A stretch of 64,000 nucleotides of DNA from Patescibacteria group bacterium (GTDB lineage Bacteria; Patescibacteriota; Minisyncoccia; Phycocordibacterales; PALSA-1337), in NCBI GenBank assembly GCA_038065415.1, contig JBBTRA010000005.1, positions 8,079-72,078 on the forward strand. The letters are read 5' to 3'. The notes under the pieces were generated by a model. That model had not been told where the DNA came from. It searched no databases and worked only from the letters and a program-made list of their open reading frames with translations. Position 1 is the first letter of the stretch. The number at the start of each line of letters is the position of its first letter. Positions 36,846 through 46,022 of the stretch are shown here, one piece after another. The translations under genes and the position numbers were made by a program.

Positions 36846-37853
36846 TTAGCGGTGAAGCAGCGCTTCCAAGAGACTGGATCCGCCGGGCATGCCACGGATG
36901 ATGGTGGCGCCCCCGAAGAGTTCCTCGAGAGGATTTTCTTCTGGTTCGGGCTCGCCCAGAGCGATCTTCCAGCCGTCGCGAAGAGCGATTGATTGCGGGT
37001 CCTTGTCTCCCAGGCATGTGTCACGAACTGCACGCCAGGCCAGTTTTTGGAGCACTTCGGTGGCCTTTCTCAACTCGTTCAAGATGACCGTGATGGCTTC
37101 CGCATCGTTTTCCGACTGTTTGCGCAGCCAGCTGATCATTTTTGCGGGGTCCAGATTTTCCAGGCGGTCATTTTCCGGCCACGGCATGTCCGTCGGTAAG
37201 ACCTTGCGGGCCGACATACGGAGTTCTTGTGACAAGGTGAAGAGCGCTTGAATGCGAGGATCTGTGACCTCACCGATGACTTCTTCGGTATCGCCGACCT
37301 CGGGCAGGCCTTCAATGGAGCTGCTCGGCGGAGGTTCCTGGAAGATGCTCGCGATGCGAGACATGAGATTCCGCGAGAGAGCGTCGTTGCCCAACTTGAT
37401 AGTGCTCGGGTTTGGCTCGGTAGGTTCTTGGGACCGTCGTGGCGCAAGAGCCACGAATGTCCATCCATCGCGGAGGCCAGTGCCCTTGATGCGAGGATCG
37501 AACGATGCGGGGTGTTCTTCCTTCATCGCCTGCCAGCGCAAGTCGTCGATGATTTGGATACGTTCCTGCAGCGTGCCCGCGCGTTTGCTGAACTTCTCAC
37601 AGGTATGTTCGCCGGTGGGACCCAGTACGCAATTGTGGAACTTCTCGTGCTCAGCGATCATCTCGGCGAGTGCGGACCGGAGAGTGCCGAATGCCGTCCA
37701 GAGGCCACGGCCGATAGGGGACGTGATGAGGCCGTATGCGTTCTCGCCCGGCATGATCTTCATCGTGGATCCTTCGCCATCAGGCAAGGCCCGATTCTTC
37801 AGGATCGCCTCAACGAGCGTCAGGATGTTATCCGTCGGTATGGTTTGGTTCAT
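36846..37853 (-). CDS. Hypothetical protein
   Basis: Long ORF with its own upstream TTGACA promoter. The terminator of the preceding gene lies just above it. The overlapping plus-strand ORFs 37248-37937 and 37252-37914 are judged spurious. Confidence 0.4.
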   Translation of the reverse strand: MNQTIPTDNILTLVEAILKNRALPDGEGSTMKIMPGENAYGLITSPIGRGLWTAFGTLRSALAEMIAEHEKFHNCVLGPTGEHTCEKFSKRAGTLQERIQIIDDLRWQAMKEEHPASFDPRIKGTGLRDGWTFVALAPRRSQEPTEPNPSTIKLGNDALSRNLMSRIASIFQEPPPSSSIEGLPEVGDTEEVIGEVTDPRIQALFTLSQELRMSARKVLPTDMPWPENDRLENLDPAKMISWLRKQSENDAEAITVILNELRKATEVLQKLAWRAVRDTCLGDKDPQSIALRDGWKIALGEPEPEENPLEELFGGATIIRGMPGGSSLLEALLHR

Positions 37854-37966
37854 GCGCTATTCTCTGTGCTTTCTATGGTTTTGTGTTTGTACTGCTGTTC
37901 ATTTCGGGCTTTGAAGCCCAAATCCATTCAAGGATGACATTACCATAATATGGCTATTTGTCAATA

Positions 37967-37995
37967 AAAAAACTGCACGACTAGTCGTGCAGTGG
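37967..37995 (-). terminator. Rho-independent terminator for the minus-strand gene 38016-38837
   Basis: The palindrome CTGCACGAC-ta-GTCGTGCAG is followed on the minus strand by TTTTTTT. Confidence 0.55.
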
Positions 37996-38015
37996 GTGCT
38001 CATATGCAAAGATCA

Positions 38016-38837
38016 TTATTCGGGAATATGTTTGGCCTGGAGGAAGTCCGTGACGAGTTGCCGCACGTCCGGCCGGTCCATGAATGGATCAAGACACCTT
38101 TTGGGATCATCGCAGTAGATGTGGCCGAGGATGAATGCTACAACACTCTCGCAGAGCTCTTCGCCGACACGTTCGATGAATTTGGGGTCTCCGGTACTCG
38201 TGGGCAATGGCCGGTACGCCGCAGCGTAGTGCGAGATCGCCGGATACTTCGACGCTGCCAAGACGAACTTGGCGAAGAACATCCGGGCATCCATGGGGAC
38301 AAGGCCGGGCATCTTGATCATGTATAGGCGACCCAGGCTGTACCACATCGGATTGATGATTGTATGTACATACTCATGGATCAAGGCGTGCACCTGCATG
38401 TAGCGGGCGATATCTGGAGGTGTCTGACCGAGATGGTACAGTCTAATCCATTGCTCCTGAAGATCAGTGGTCCATGTATTGGGCGCGCTGTATCCCGGCA
38501 CTATCGCGCGGGGCGAGAGCGCTTCTTCGGCCACCTGCGTCGTCTCGGGTTTTGCAAAAGTGGTACCTTTGGCGAACCAGGTGAATGGCATGCCGATGAT
38601 CTTGGTCAGGACTGAGCGATCACGCGCGCTCTGTGGGAAGCGCATCAAGGCGTTGCTGATCTCATGGCTACTGAGGTGAAGATGCTCGGCACCTTCTATG
38701 GCCTCATAGCGGACTTTGATATCCGTGTCGAGCCAATGGAGATTTTTGCTGACGGCGGCGCGATTGGCGGTGAGCCAGTCGATGACAGGTCCGAGATCGA
38801 ATCCGGCGAGGGGGTCGGGGGCGGTGTGTGCGTTCAT
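38016..38837 (-). CDS. Hypothetical HExxH-motif protein (putative metallopeptidase-like)
   Basis: 'MQVHALIHEYVHTI' contains HExxH. No other recognisable signature. Confidence 0.4.
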   Translation of the reverse strand: MNAHTAPDPLAGFDLGPVIDWLTANRAAVSKNLHWLDTDIKVRYEAIEGAEHLHLSSHEISNALMRFPQSARDRSVLTKIIGMPFTWFAKGTTFAKPETTQVAEEALSPRAIVPGYSAPNTWTTDLQEQWIRLYHLGQTPPDIARYMQVHALIHEYVHTIINPMWYSLGRLYMIKMPGLVPMDARMFFAKFVLAASKYPAISHYAAAYRPLPTSTGDPKFIERVGEELCESVVAFILGHIYCDDPKRCLDPFMDRPDVRQLVTDFLQAKHIPE

Positions 38838-38890
38838 AGGGGGGCTTTCAATGGTTCAGGTTCCTGATGACCATACCATGATGTGGGGTT

Positions 38891-38920
38891 TTGTCAATAA
38901 CATCTCTCTGCTGGTATAAT
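38891..38920 (+). promoter_or_regulatory. Promoter TTGTCA – 18 nt – TGgTATAAT, 6 nt before ATG 38927 (leaderless transcript)
   Basis: −35 at 38891-38896. Extended −10 at 38912-38920. The predicted transcription start coincides with the A of the start codon. Confidence 0.45.
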
Positions 38921-38926
38921 CGCCGC

Positions 38927-39394
38927 ATGAGCACGACAAAGAACTATTGGCTGATCAAATCCGAAGCCACCTGCTACTCGATCGATGACTTGGCTCGCGA
39001 TAAGGTGGCGCCTTGGACGGGCATTCGTAATTTCCAGGCGCGCAACTATATTCGTGACGGTATGCGTCCCGGTGATCGCGCGCTCTTCTATCACTCGAGC
39101 GGCACCCCAACGGCTCCTTCAGGTGTCTATGGTATCGCTGAGGTGGTGAGCGAGCCCTATCTCGATCCGACAGCTCTGGATGTACGGGATGAACACTATG
39201 ATCCAAAGGGTGCTGACTGGGTAGCCGTAGACATGAAGTTCGTCTCCAAACTAGACCGCCCGGTGACGTTGGCGGATATCAAGAAGGATCCGCTCCTCCG
39301 TAAGATGCTGGTGGCCAAGCAGGGGCAGAGATTGAGTGTGATGCCAGTGACGAAGGAGGAGTTTGAGGGGGTGGTGGGGAGGTGGGAAAAATAA
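38927..39394 (+). CDS. EVE-domain (PUA-like) protein
   Basis: 'YWLIKSE…W.GIRNFQARNYIRDGMRPGDRALFYHS…GVYGIAEVV' is the classical EVE/Thy28 pattern. Confidence 0.7.
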   Translation: MSTTKNYWLIKSEATCYSIDDLARDKVAPWTGIRNFQARNYIRDGMRPGDRALFYHSSGTPTAPSGVYGIAEVVSEPYLDPTALDVRDEHYDPKGADWVAVDMKFVSKLDRPVTLADIKKDPLLRKMLVAKQGQRLSVMPVTKEEFEGVVGRWEK

Positions 39395-39426
39395 AAACCC
39401 CGCAAGAAAGCGGGGGTACGACATGG

Positions 39427-40107
39427 TCAAGCTGCGACAGCAGAATTCAACTGGAGAAGATCCAGTAATTCATGGATTTCTGCCTTCTTCGATTCGACAT
39501 CCTCGAGACTGAAGAACTGTTGCGCCCAGGTGGTGTGGTACTCCAGTTTTTCGAGGAACTCCAGTTGTTTCTGAAGAACGTCGATCGGCTTTTGATTCCA
39601 TTCACCAGCGAGCCCAAATATCACTTGTTGTATCCAGGCGACACTGAAACCTTGACTGAGGTCAGCGTCGCGTATGATCTGACTAGAAAGTCCGGGGCTC
39701 CGCGAATGCACGATGTGTGGATATTCAGTGGCCCGGATCAGTTGTGATATGTCCGTCAGATGAGCACGGTCTTCGGTTTGGATGTACTTTTCCAGTCCTC
39801 GTAACGCGCGCAAGACATTCAGATCATCGCCACCGGTCATGCCGGAATGGTCGAAATCATGGAACATCGCAGCGAGGAGCAGATTGCGCATCTGTCGGGG
39901 GCTTAGCTCCTTCTTGTAGAAGATGCATGCCTGGTAGCACAGCCAGACCACATGGAACATGTGGCGGAAGTTGTGGTACGGGTGGTTGAGGTTCTGCGCG
40001 TTGTTGAAGACCGCCTGGAAGTAGGGAACGAGGTTACCGGCGTACAATCCGTCGTCATTACGCATGATTGATGCGAGGCTACCGCGTACAGCATTGCTGG
40101 GTTTCAT
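39427..40107 (-). CDS. HD-domain phosphohydrolase
   Basis: 'YHNFRHMFHV…AAMFHDFDH…IIRDADL' gives the H…HD…D metal-binding residues. Confidence 0.55.
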   Translation of the reverse strand: MKPSNAVRGSLASIMRNDDGLYAGNLVPYFQAVFNNAQNLNHPYHNFRHMFHVVWLCYQACIFYKKELSPRQMRNLLLAAMFHDFDHSGMTGGDDLNVLRALRGLEKYIQTEDRAHLTDISQLIRATEYPHIVHSRSPGLSSQIIRDADLSQGFSVAWIQQVIFGLAGEWNQKPIDVLQKQLEFLEKLEYHTTWAQQFFSLEDVESKKAEIHELLDLLQLNSAVAA

Positions 40108-40229
40108 AAAGATAGAGACCTTTCGTTTTATTTAGTTTTTTCTGCTACCATTCAGATTACTTTTTAACATTTGAAATATAAGTTGTCAATTATAAGGGAG
40201 AAATGACCATAAGCTATCCCAAATAAAAC

Positions 40230-40247
40230 CCCCGTCATCTAACGGGG
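40230..40247 (-). terminator. Rho-independent terminator for the minus-strand gene 40267-40623
   Basis: CCCCGT-catcta-ACGGGG, followed on the minus strand by TTTTATTT. Confidence 0.5.
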
Positions 40248-40266
40248 TATGGGAGCCAGGTGCGGC

Positions 40267-40623
40267 TCAGTTCTTCCAATTCTTCTCAGGGTCACCGCCG
40301 AGATCGGGGGCCGGGATAGGCTCCCATTTTTCGACGCAGAGCTCTTTCCAGTCTTCCCGGTAATCAGTCAGGAATGTCGCTTCGGTGGTACGTCCGTCGC
40401 GGTATTGAATGTATGCCCGGAAGATCGTGCCGCGGATTCCGTCTTGGCATCCTCCCTTGAAGTCGGTGGCCATCGAAGCGGTGAATTCGCTCTTTGAGGA
40501 TCCCTCGAAGGGCAGGTAACGGGCCTCCGTTTCGAACATGTACTGAGCCATGGTGAAGAGGATCCTTCTCAGATTCTCGTCTGGGCGCTCGCCGACGCGG
40601 AGTAGTACGCAGATGTCAGTCAT
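40267..40623 (-). CDS. Hypothetical protein
   Basis: ORF with a downstream terminator. No recognisable motif. Confidence 0.4.
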   Translation of the reverse strand: MTDICVLLRVGERPDENLRRILFTMAQYMFETEARYLPFEGSSKSEFTASMATDFKGGCQDGIRGTIFRAYIQYRDGRTTEATFLTDYREDWKELCVEKWEPIPAPDLGGDPEKNWKN

Positions 40624-40708
40624 ATGAGCCTTGATGTGTGGTGAACTACGCGATACGCGGCTATTATGACAAAAAACACGCCAGAGTCAATTCCGCTATA
40701 ATAGTCGC

Positions 40709-40954
40709 ATGCACTACGCATACATCCTTCACTGTGCCGACGGTACCTACTATGTCGGCTATACCACTGATCTTGAGCGTCGCTTGCATACGCACAATCA
40801 CCTCAAATCTGGCGCCCACTACACCAAGATCCGTCGCCCGGTCGTCATGGTCTACAGCAAGAAGTTTCGCACGCTCGCCAAGGCGCGAGCAAAAGAAGCA
40901 GAGTGGAAACGGCTGACGAGGGCAGAGAAGCGAGAGATGATCGAAAGAGGATAG
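40709..40954 (+). CDS. GIY-YIG nuclease-domain protein (UPF0213 / YhbQ-like)
   Basis: '[28 protein letters not shown]' is the GIY-YIG core. 81 aa. TATAAT lies 6 nt before the ATG, suggesting a leaderless transcript. Confidence 0.75.
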   Translation: MHYAYILHCADGTYYVGYTTDLERRLHTHNHLKSGAHYTKIRRPVVMVYSKKFRTLAKARAKEAEWKRLTRAEKREMIERG

Positions 40955-41034
40955 GTGCTACCTTCTTTTGACTTTTGATGTGATTGTGGTACTTTGAAAA
41001 TAGACACAAACAACCAAACAGAAAGAGAAAGAAC

Positions 41035-41940
41035 ATGAACAAACCAATACCGTATGGCCCCGCCAATGAGCACCTCATCGGCACAGCCTTGAAAGAAATC
41101 GTCAGACGCGTCATGAATGAAATCTGGCGCCGGCGTATCGGATTCGTCGGGCAGGAGAAGATCAATGAACACAAGCCGGACAAACAAGACCGCGTCACAG
41201 ATGCTGACTTCGCTGCGCAGGAGATCTTCGTGCGCAAACTCACTGAGTGCTTCCCAGGCTATGGCATCGTCGCCGAAGAACACGGATTCAGCAGGCAATG
41301 TACGCTGGAGGGTGTGAACCTCTTCTTCACCGTTGATCCGCTCGATGGTACCAAGGCATTCGAGCGCCGGCAGTCGCAGGGCTTCGGTCCGATGCTCTCG
41401 CTGTGTACGGATGAGAAGGTCATCGCTGCGTTCGTTGGAGACTCCATGACACAGGAACTCTACTACTACCGGCCCGGATCGGACCGGGTGCATCGTCTGA
41501 ATTTCGGCGATCATCAGCATGAACTCCTTTCAACCGGAGGATCTGGGAAGCTCGCGGATCAGTATGTTTTGCTCCGGGATAATCCTCTGAATCTTCCACG
41601 CATCTATAGCAATATCGCCCAGTCGCTGAAGCATGGTGGAATGTTCAAGGAGATCGAGATTGCTGGTGGCGGCATCGGCACAGGAATGGCACGCCTCTGG
41701 AAAGGAGAAGTCGGAGGGTATGTCATCAAAGGTGGCATTCAACAGCCCTGGGATCTCTGGCCAGTATGGGGTATATCGGAGAAGCTCGGCTTCGTCTGGA
41801 TGCGTCATGATGGGTTGGAATGGAGATCTCGGGAGATGGGCCCCTCGATGACTCCCTCAATGTTCGCTGAACCCTCCATCATCATTCATGGTAGTCAGAA
41901 GAACAACTTCTTGTGGGCTGCAAAGGGCTACTCCTTTTAG
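41035..41940 (+). CDS. Inositol monophosphatase / CysQ-family phosphatase
   Basis: 'DPLDGTKAF' (the DPIDGT metal-binding motif), and the 'GIVAEE' and 'WD' motifs of FIG-superfamily phosphatases. Start at ATG 41035, inside track ORF 40984-41940. Confidence 0.7.
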   Translation: MNKPIPYGPANEHLIGTALKEIVRRVMNEIWRRRIGFVGQEKINEHKPDKQDRVTDADFAAQEIFVRKLTECFPGYGIVAEEHGFSRQCTLEGVNLFFTVDPLDGTKAFERRQSQGFGPMLSLCTDEKVIAAFVGDSMTQELYYYRPGSDRVHRLNFGDHQHELLSTGGSGKLADQYVLLRDNPLNLPRIYSNIAQSLKHGGMFKEIEIAGGGIGTGMARLWKGEVGGYVIKGGIQQPWDLWPVWGISEKLGFVWMRHDGLEWRSREMGPSMTPSMFAEPSIIIHGSQKNNFLWAAKGYSF

Positions 41941-41959
41941 TTTTCAGTTGAGTACACGC

Positions 41960-41986
41960 GCATGGCTACCGTCATGCGCTTTTTAA
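41960..41986 (+). terminator. Terminator for the IMPase gene
   Basis: GCGCATG-gctaccgt-CATGCGC, followed by TTTTTA. Confidence 0.45.
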
Positions 41987-41998
41987 TACATAAAAATC

Positions 41999-42020
41999 CC
42001 ATTCGTGAGAATGGGATCGA
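41999..42020 (-). terminator. Terminator for the convergent ligase gene
   Basis: ATCCCATTC-gtga-GAATGGGAT, followed on the minus strand by TTTTATGTATT. Confidence 0.45.
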
Positions 42021-42030
42021 GGTGACAGAG

Positions 42031-43836
42031 CTACTTCTTTTTGGTAGTACGTTTCGGCTTCTTGACCGTGTACTTGCGGGCAAAGACGAAGACCGTCTCA
42101 TAGTCCGTGGTGATGGACTTGTCCAGCCGCAGACGCTCGGGGTAGCTGTTGCTGAAACAGAATGACTGCGCATACCACGAATGGAAACCGGCAGGGTAGG
42201 GTGAGACGCCCCACTTGATGTCGAAGGTTTGGATCTCGATGATGACTGGGTCACCACCGATCAGGATATCAGGTTGTTTCATCTTGGCTGAGGTCGCCTT
42301 GATCGCCTTGCTCTTGGAGAAGTAGTCTAGGAAGGTCTTCTCCGAGCGTTTGTCCAGTCGCGCGATGATCCCGAAGATCGGGGCATACAGTGCGATGAAC
42401 TTTGACCGGGCCGTACCTTTGGTCGAGGCCTTCTTCGTGAGGTCGGGTGGAGATGTTTTGTACTCCTCATACAGTGATACCAGATCTGCGCCTCGCGGGA
42501 TATCATCCAACATGGCCGTAATCTGATGCTTTATCGCTGCAAATGCGGGGGAGAGGTAGCCGAGCTTCTTGGCACCTTGCATGATGAATGCATCGTGCAG
42601 TGTTAGTACTTTGCCGAACTGTGCCCGATCCTTCACGGCTACCGCGATGATGTGACGCCGTAGGTCGATGAGACGCTTCCGCTGTTCGTCGAGCTTGATC
42701 TGTGGGCCATTGGGATCGAGATTGACCTTGGTGACTGGCAGATAGGCGCCGAGCGATACATCATACAGACCGACGAGTGCCCCGGTGATGTTATCGGCCG
42801 TGCACCCCGCCTTCTTGTCGGCGAGGTAGAGTCCCATGAGTTTAGCATCGAAGGTTTCATATGCTTTGACCTTGGTGCTGCGGCCCATAGAGACGCGCCG
42901 TCCGTTACCATCCCAGCCTGATTGCACGATGCAGACACCTTCATGTCCCTGTCGCTCCTTCTCCTCGATGTATGCTTCGAGCTGGTGTTGGTTGGACAGT
43001 GGAGTCCGCTCAACGGTTCGTAGAGGCAACTCCTTTTGATTGAGGAATGCTTGAAGCTCGTCGAGTAGCTCGTCCACGAGCTGGTAGTTGATCGGCAGAT
43101 GACAGAGTGTGATCATCCGATCCAACTGTTGTTGCCGCGGCAGACCCCACGTTTTGGGGTGAGCGATGGCGAACAGGCCGTGGAAAGCCAGTGTGAGTGT
43201 GTGGTCGGGGAGAGGGATGCCCCATTTCATGACACCGACATTATCAAGCTCGGCAAGGTGGGCTTTGAGAGCATCGTCATCGATGAGTCCCTCTCCGGGC
43301 CGTGGCCACAGGCGTGGATTGGCCGGGAGGCGGACCTGGACGCGGTTGAAGCCGGCCAGATGTCGGTACTTCGCATTGATGAGTTCCGTATCACCGATCA
43401 TGATAGGCAAGACCTTGGTGAGTTTGGGCAACTCCGGCATCATGCGCCAGTCATACTGACTGAACTGCCGGGTGAAGCCGAGTTCACTCACGGTCCCCAC
43501 ATGGAGTTGGAGCCGGTATCCATTTTCTTTGACCGAGCCGCGCGTATAGACGCGGCCGTCGGGCAGCGAAAATGGTAGCGATGCAATCGATCCGACGAAG
43601 CTCGGGTTGAGAGACGCCATCGGCCGACCGATGGTTGGCATCGTTCCTTGCAGATAGACTCTGCGGTGATACTCCATCCAGCCAGCGATTTCGGCCGGTG
43701 TTCTGCTGGCGAGTTGGGGGATGTAGCGAGTGAGTTCCTCCATGAGCATGTGCTCGGTAGGAGACTCTGCGGTGAATGATCCGAACATGAGGTTGCGGAC
43801 GCGAGCCTCGGTATCAGGGCTGATATGACGGGACAT
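42031..43836 (-). CDS. ATP-dependent DNA ligase (Lig1/archaeal-eukaryotic type)
   Basis: Motif I 'SVKENGYRLQLH' (compare KYDGQRAQIH). Motif III 'MIGDTELI' (compare ILDTEAV). Motif IV 'EGVCIVQ'. Motif V 'TFDAKLMGLYLADKKAGCTADNITGALVGLYD'. 601 aa, with an N-terminal DNA-binding region. Motif I has Asn in place of the usual Asp. Confidence 0.65.
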   Translation of the reverse strand: MSRHISPDTEARVRNLMFGSFTAESPTEHMLMEELTRYIPQLASRTPAEIAGWMEYHRRVYLQGTMPTIGRPMASLNPSFVGSIASLPFSLPDGRVYTRGSVKENGYRLQLHVGTVSELGFTRQFSQYDWRMMPELPKLTKVLPIMIGDTELINAKYRHLAGFNRVQVRLPANPRLWPRPGEGLIDDDALKAHLAELDNVGVMKWGIPLPDHTLTLAFHGLFAIAHPKTWGLPRQQQLDRMITLCHLPINYQLVDELLDELQAFLNQKELPLRTVERTPLSNQHQLEAYIEEKERQGHEGVCIVQSGWDGNGRRVSMGRSTKVKAYETFDAKLMGLYLADKKAGCTADNITGALVGLYDVSLGAYLPVTKVNLDPNGPQIKLDEQRKRLIDLRRHIIAVAVKDRAQFGKVLTLHDAFIMQGAKKLGYLSPAFAAIKHQITAMLDDIPRGADLVSLYEEYKTSPPDLTKKASTKGTARSKFIALYAPIFGIIARLDKRSEKTFLDYFSKSKAIKATSAKMKQPDILIGGDPVIIEIQTFDIKWGVSPYPAGFHSWYAQSFCFSNSYPERLRLDKSITTDYETVFVFARKYTVKKPKRTTKKK

Positions 43837-43949
43837 TGGTTTCCTTTGGTTTCGTGGTTGCAGTTTTCAAATTTCTCTCCTCACTTGGTAACATTTTTTT
43901 GGCTGTATGTCAAACTTATCTGCCTGAGAATCGCGCTATACTAGTCCAC

Positions 43950-44516
43950 ATGCTCGAGTATCCACTACATTCAGCCGCAGGTATTTCATACACGCTCATT
44001 CGCCGCCGCAAACGGTCTATCAGCGTCTCAGTGCGCCATACTGGTGAGGTCATCGTGAGTGCGTCTCCGCTTGTGCCAATGATGCTCATCGAGCGGTTCG
44101 TCGGGAAGAAAGCGTCATGGATCCGTGAGAAGCAGGTATATTTTGCCGCACATCCTGTAAGTGCCTATAGTCTGCTGCTGCATAAAAGAGACCGCCGCGA
44201 ATTCAAATCACTCAAAGAAAAGGCGCTCGTCGTGCTGACGGAGCGACTCGAACATTTCAATAAGATGTACGGCTTCGTTTACGGACGCATCTCCATCCGC
44301 GACCAGCACTCGCGCTGGGGTTCGTGCTCCGCAAAAGGGAACATCAATTTCAACTACAAGCTCATCTTGTTGCCTGACGAGTTACGTGACTATGTGGTGG
44401 TGCATGAGCTCTGCCATCTCGGTGAGCTCAATCATTCGAGAAAGTTTTGGGCGCTCGTAGAGCGGGCTGTTCCTGAATACAAGAAATTGCAGAAAAAGTT
44501 GAGAGGGTTGGACTAG
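43950..44516 (+). CDS. YgjP-like (DUF45/SprT-like, M48-related) metallopeptidase-fold protein
   Basis: 'YVVVHELCHLGELNHSRKFW' contains the HExxH…NHS motif typical of the family. Start at ATG 43950, inside track ORF 43836-44516. Confidence 0.6.
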   Translation: MLEYPLHSAAGISYTLIRRRKRSISVSVRHTGEVIVSASPLVPMMLIERFVGKKASWIREKQVYFAAHPVSAYSLLLHKRDRREFKSLKEKALVVLTERLEHFNKMYGFVYGRISIRDQHSRWGSCSAKGNINFNYKLILLPDELRDYVVVHELCHLGELNHSRKFWALVERAVPEYKKLQKKLRGLD

Positions 44517-45892
44517 TTCGCTGAGCTCCCCGCAACCCACCCCGTCGTCCAACAGAGTTGCAAACTATATCCTCCTGATGGTCTATCAATATCGAGCAGA
44601 TCGCCGACGATGTGGAGATTCGGAACGAGGCGTGAACGCATTGTTTTCCAGTCGATTTCATCAAGGGAAACGCCGCCCGAAGTGATGATTGCTTTGTCGG
44701 CCCCGAGGAGTCCTGTCGGATGTATTGGTACACCTTTGAGGAGCTTCACCAATGCCAGACGCTCCTCGCGGGTGACGCTGTGACATGCAACTTCTTCGTC
44801 GATACCTGATTGTGTGACGATTGTTGACACCAATGATGAAGGGATGAGTGCTGACAATGCATTCTTGAACTTCTTGTTACTCTGCTTCTTGAAAAGCTTC
44901 TGCAGGGCTTCGTTGAGAGTGGCATAGTCATGTGCAGGGAGGAGATCGAGCGAGAGGACCACCTCGCCGTATTTGAGGAGCTCGTCGATCTCTGAGCTCA
45001 TATTGAGGACAGCGGGTCCCGAGAGTCCGAAGTGGGTGAAGAGGACCTTGCCTTTTTTGACTGACTGCTTGCCAGGTACTTTAGCGCCATTCTGGAAGAG
45101 AGTGATTTTAGCCTGTGGCAATGAGAAGCCAGAGAGATCTCTGACCCACTCATCGCTAACCTTCACGGGGACGAGCGCAGCGCGCGGCTCAGAAACTACA
45201 TGACCCATTTGGGCGAGCCACTTGAATCCATCACCTGTTGATCCGGTTTCAGGATGCGATTTGCCGCCGGTCGCTAGGACAAAGTTCTTTGCACGGATCA
45301 GTGAGCCGTCTTTGAGCTTGAGCGCGGTGATTTTTTTCTGTCCACCTACCCCTTGTTCGTTTCTTTCTATTTCTTGTTCCATAACAAACCCAACGACCGC
45401 CGCATTTGACTTCACAGTTACTGAACCGGACTTCATATACTCGACGAGTACGTCCCAGACGGATTGGGCTTTGTTGGACAGAGGGAACACACGCTTCTCC
45501 GCCTCTACTTTTGTCGGCATGTTGCGGCTATGAAAAAAATCGAACGCATCGGCGACGCCGTATTGAGAGAATGTTGAGAAGAGATATTTGTCACTATCCT
45601 TGAATTTTGCGAGAAGCGTGCGCGTATCAGTTTCGGCGTTGGTTACATTACAGCGACCTCCACCGGTGATGAGAAGTTTCCTTCCGAGGCTGTCATTTTT
45701 CTCGAGTAGAACAACCTTAAGTCCGCGTTCGGCTGCACGTCCAGCCGCCATCATCCCCGCAGGGCCGCCGCCGATCACGGCGACATCGTAGAGAGCGTCA
45801 GCTGTAGCTGTTTCGGGTACGACAGGACTGCTGTTTTCATGAGCGTTTCGGAGGGTTTCAGGTGTCAGTGCTTGGAGGGGAGTGCGTTTCAT
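44513..45892 (-). CDS. HI0933-family NAD(P)/FAD-dependent flavoprotein (BaiN/aminoacetone-oxidase-like)
   Basis: 'YDVAVIGGGPAGMMAAGRAAERGLKVVLLEKNDSLGRKLLITGGGRCNVTN' is the family N-terminal signature. The ORF continues to 45988 with alternative upstream starts. Confidence 0.75.
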   Translation of the reverse strand: MKRTPLQALTPETLRNAHENSSPVVPETATADALYDVAVIGGGPAGMMAAGRAAERGLKVVLLEKNDSLGRKLLITGGGRCNVTNAETDTRTLLAKFKDSDKYLFSTFSQYGVADAFDFFHSRNMPTKVEAEKRVFPLSNKAQSVWDVLVEYMKSGSVTVKSNAAVVGFVMEQEIERNEQGVGGQKKITALKLKDGSLIRAKNFVLATGGKSHPETGSTGDGFKWLAQMGHVVSEPRAALVPVKVSDEWVRDLSGFSLPQAKITLFQNGAKVPGKQSVKKGKVLFTHFGLSGPAVLNMSSEIDELLKYGEVVLSLDLLPAHDYATLNEALQKLFKKQSNKKFKNALSALIPSSLVSTIVTQSGIDEEVACHSVTREERLALVKLLKGVPIHPTGLLGADKAIITSGGVSLDEIDWKTMRSRLVPNLHIVGDLLDIDRPSGGYSLQLCWTTGWVAGSSAN

Positions 45893-46022
45893 GCGAGCAT
45901 CGTAGCATTTTGACACAACATTGTCTATTATGTTGTGATTTTTTGCATATCGCTCTGGCATAACCTTGGATATTAAAAAGCGCAGCATCCCCTAGAGGAA
46001 CGCTGCACTGGTGGCTGGTCGA

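Noticed and set aside
37248-37937. Plus-strand ORFs 37248-37937 and 37252-37914 (229 and 220 aa)
   Set aside because: They overlap the minus-strand 335-aa gene, which has a promoter and a terminator in the right places. The Arg/Ser-rich translations are typical of antisense GC-rich frames.
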